A stretch of DNA of 64,000 nt from Chlorokybus atmophyticus (Eukaryota > Plantae > Mesostigma and Chlorokybus algae): assembly GCA_009103225.1 (NCBI GenBank), contig RHPI01000890.1, forward strand, positions 213,579 to 277,578, read 5' to 3'. Each line of letters opens with the position of its first letter. The first letter of the stretch is position 1. The notes under the pieces were generated by a model. That model was not told the origin of the DNA. It saw only the letters and a list, made by a program, of their open reading frames with translations, and did not search any database. A program made the translations under genes and the position numbers. Below are positions 63,481-64,000 of the stretch, piece by piece.

Positions 63481-64000
63481 NTGGTATTCTGGTGGTTGAA
63501 ACGCGTCCCTTTGGGCGCGCAGTTGTCCTTCATGACAGCTCTGTCTGTTGTAAGCAGCGAGTTGACTTGCTGCATTTCTAGTGATTGCGGCGAGCCTCAA
63601 TGTAGCGCGGCACTACTCACGGTTGAGTCCTTGCTTCTTTGCGTTCTTTGATGTCTGCTGCTTAATGTAGAACTACAAAGAAGTGACGATCGCAAGTAAC
63701 AACTTATTAGTTAGAAACACATTGTGAAACCCAGCAAATAGTTTGTTCAGCACCTTTCGGTGTAGCATGTAACTAACAAACTGTGCCACATATGAACCAT
63801 GTGGACACATCCGCACACCATATCCAGGCAAGCAAGCAGCAAAGTATATATCACCACACGCGACAGAGGGCTGCATATGGGCCCAATGCAACTACGTGCA
63901 TAGTGACCTAGCATAACATGCCACTCATTGGGACGGTTGCAGCTCAGATATCAGTCATCGATGCCAACCCCCGTCAAGTCCATAATATAAACTGATAAGA

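Overview
Eukaryotic, intron-rich nuclear DNA. Plastid-targeted ISPD, Tic20 and MnmG plus an AP2 domain point to a green alga or other green-lineage organism; the species cannot be named. Recognisable multi-exon genes: an ABM-domain protein, PhyH-family dioxygenase, GPKOW/MOS2, CTU2, plastid-type MnmG/GidA, an SGLT-like sodium:solute symporter, RAE1, kinesin-14, TCTP, Tic20 and ISPD. Most lie in head-to-head pairs. Accessory DNA includes a decayed Ty3/gypsy chromovirus (29793-34936) lacking protease and RT, and AT-rich decayed islands that each carry a shared tRNA-like repeat. It also includes a frameshifted AP2 remnant, long (CT)n/(AG)n tracts at assembly gaps and several hairpins. No CRISPR array, rRNA or convincing intact tRNA was seen, and no clearly novel multi-gene system could be established. 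The best leads are the tRNA-derived repeat family, the CTU2-MnmG divergent pair, the SGLT-like transporter and GC-AG introns. Exon boundaries were placed by eye from protein motifs and splice consensus.
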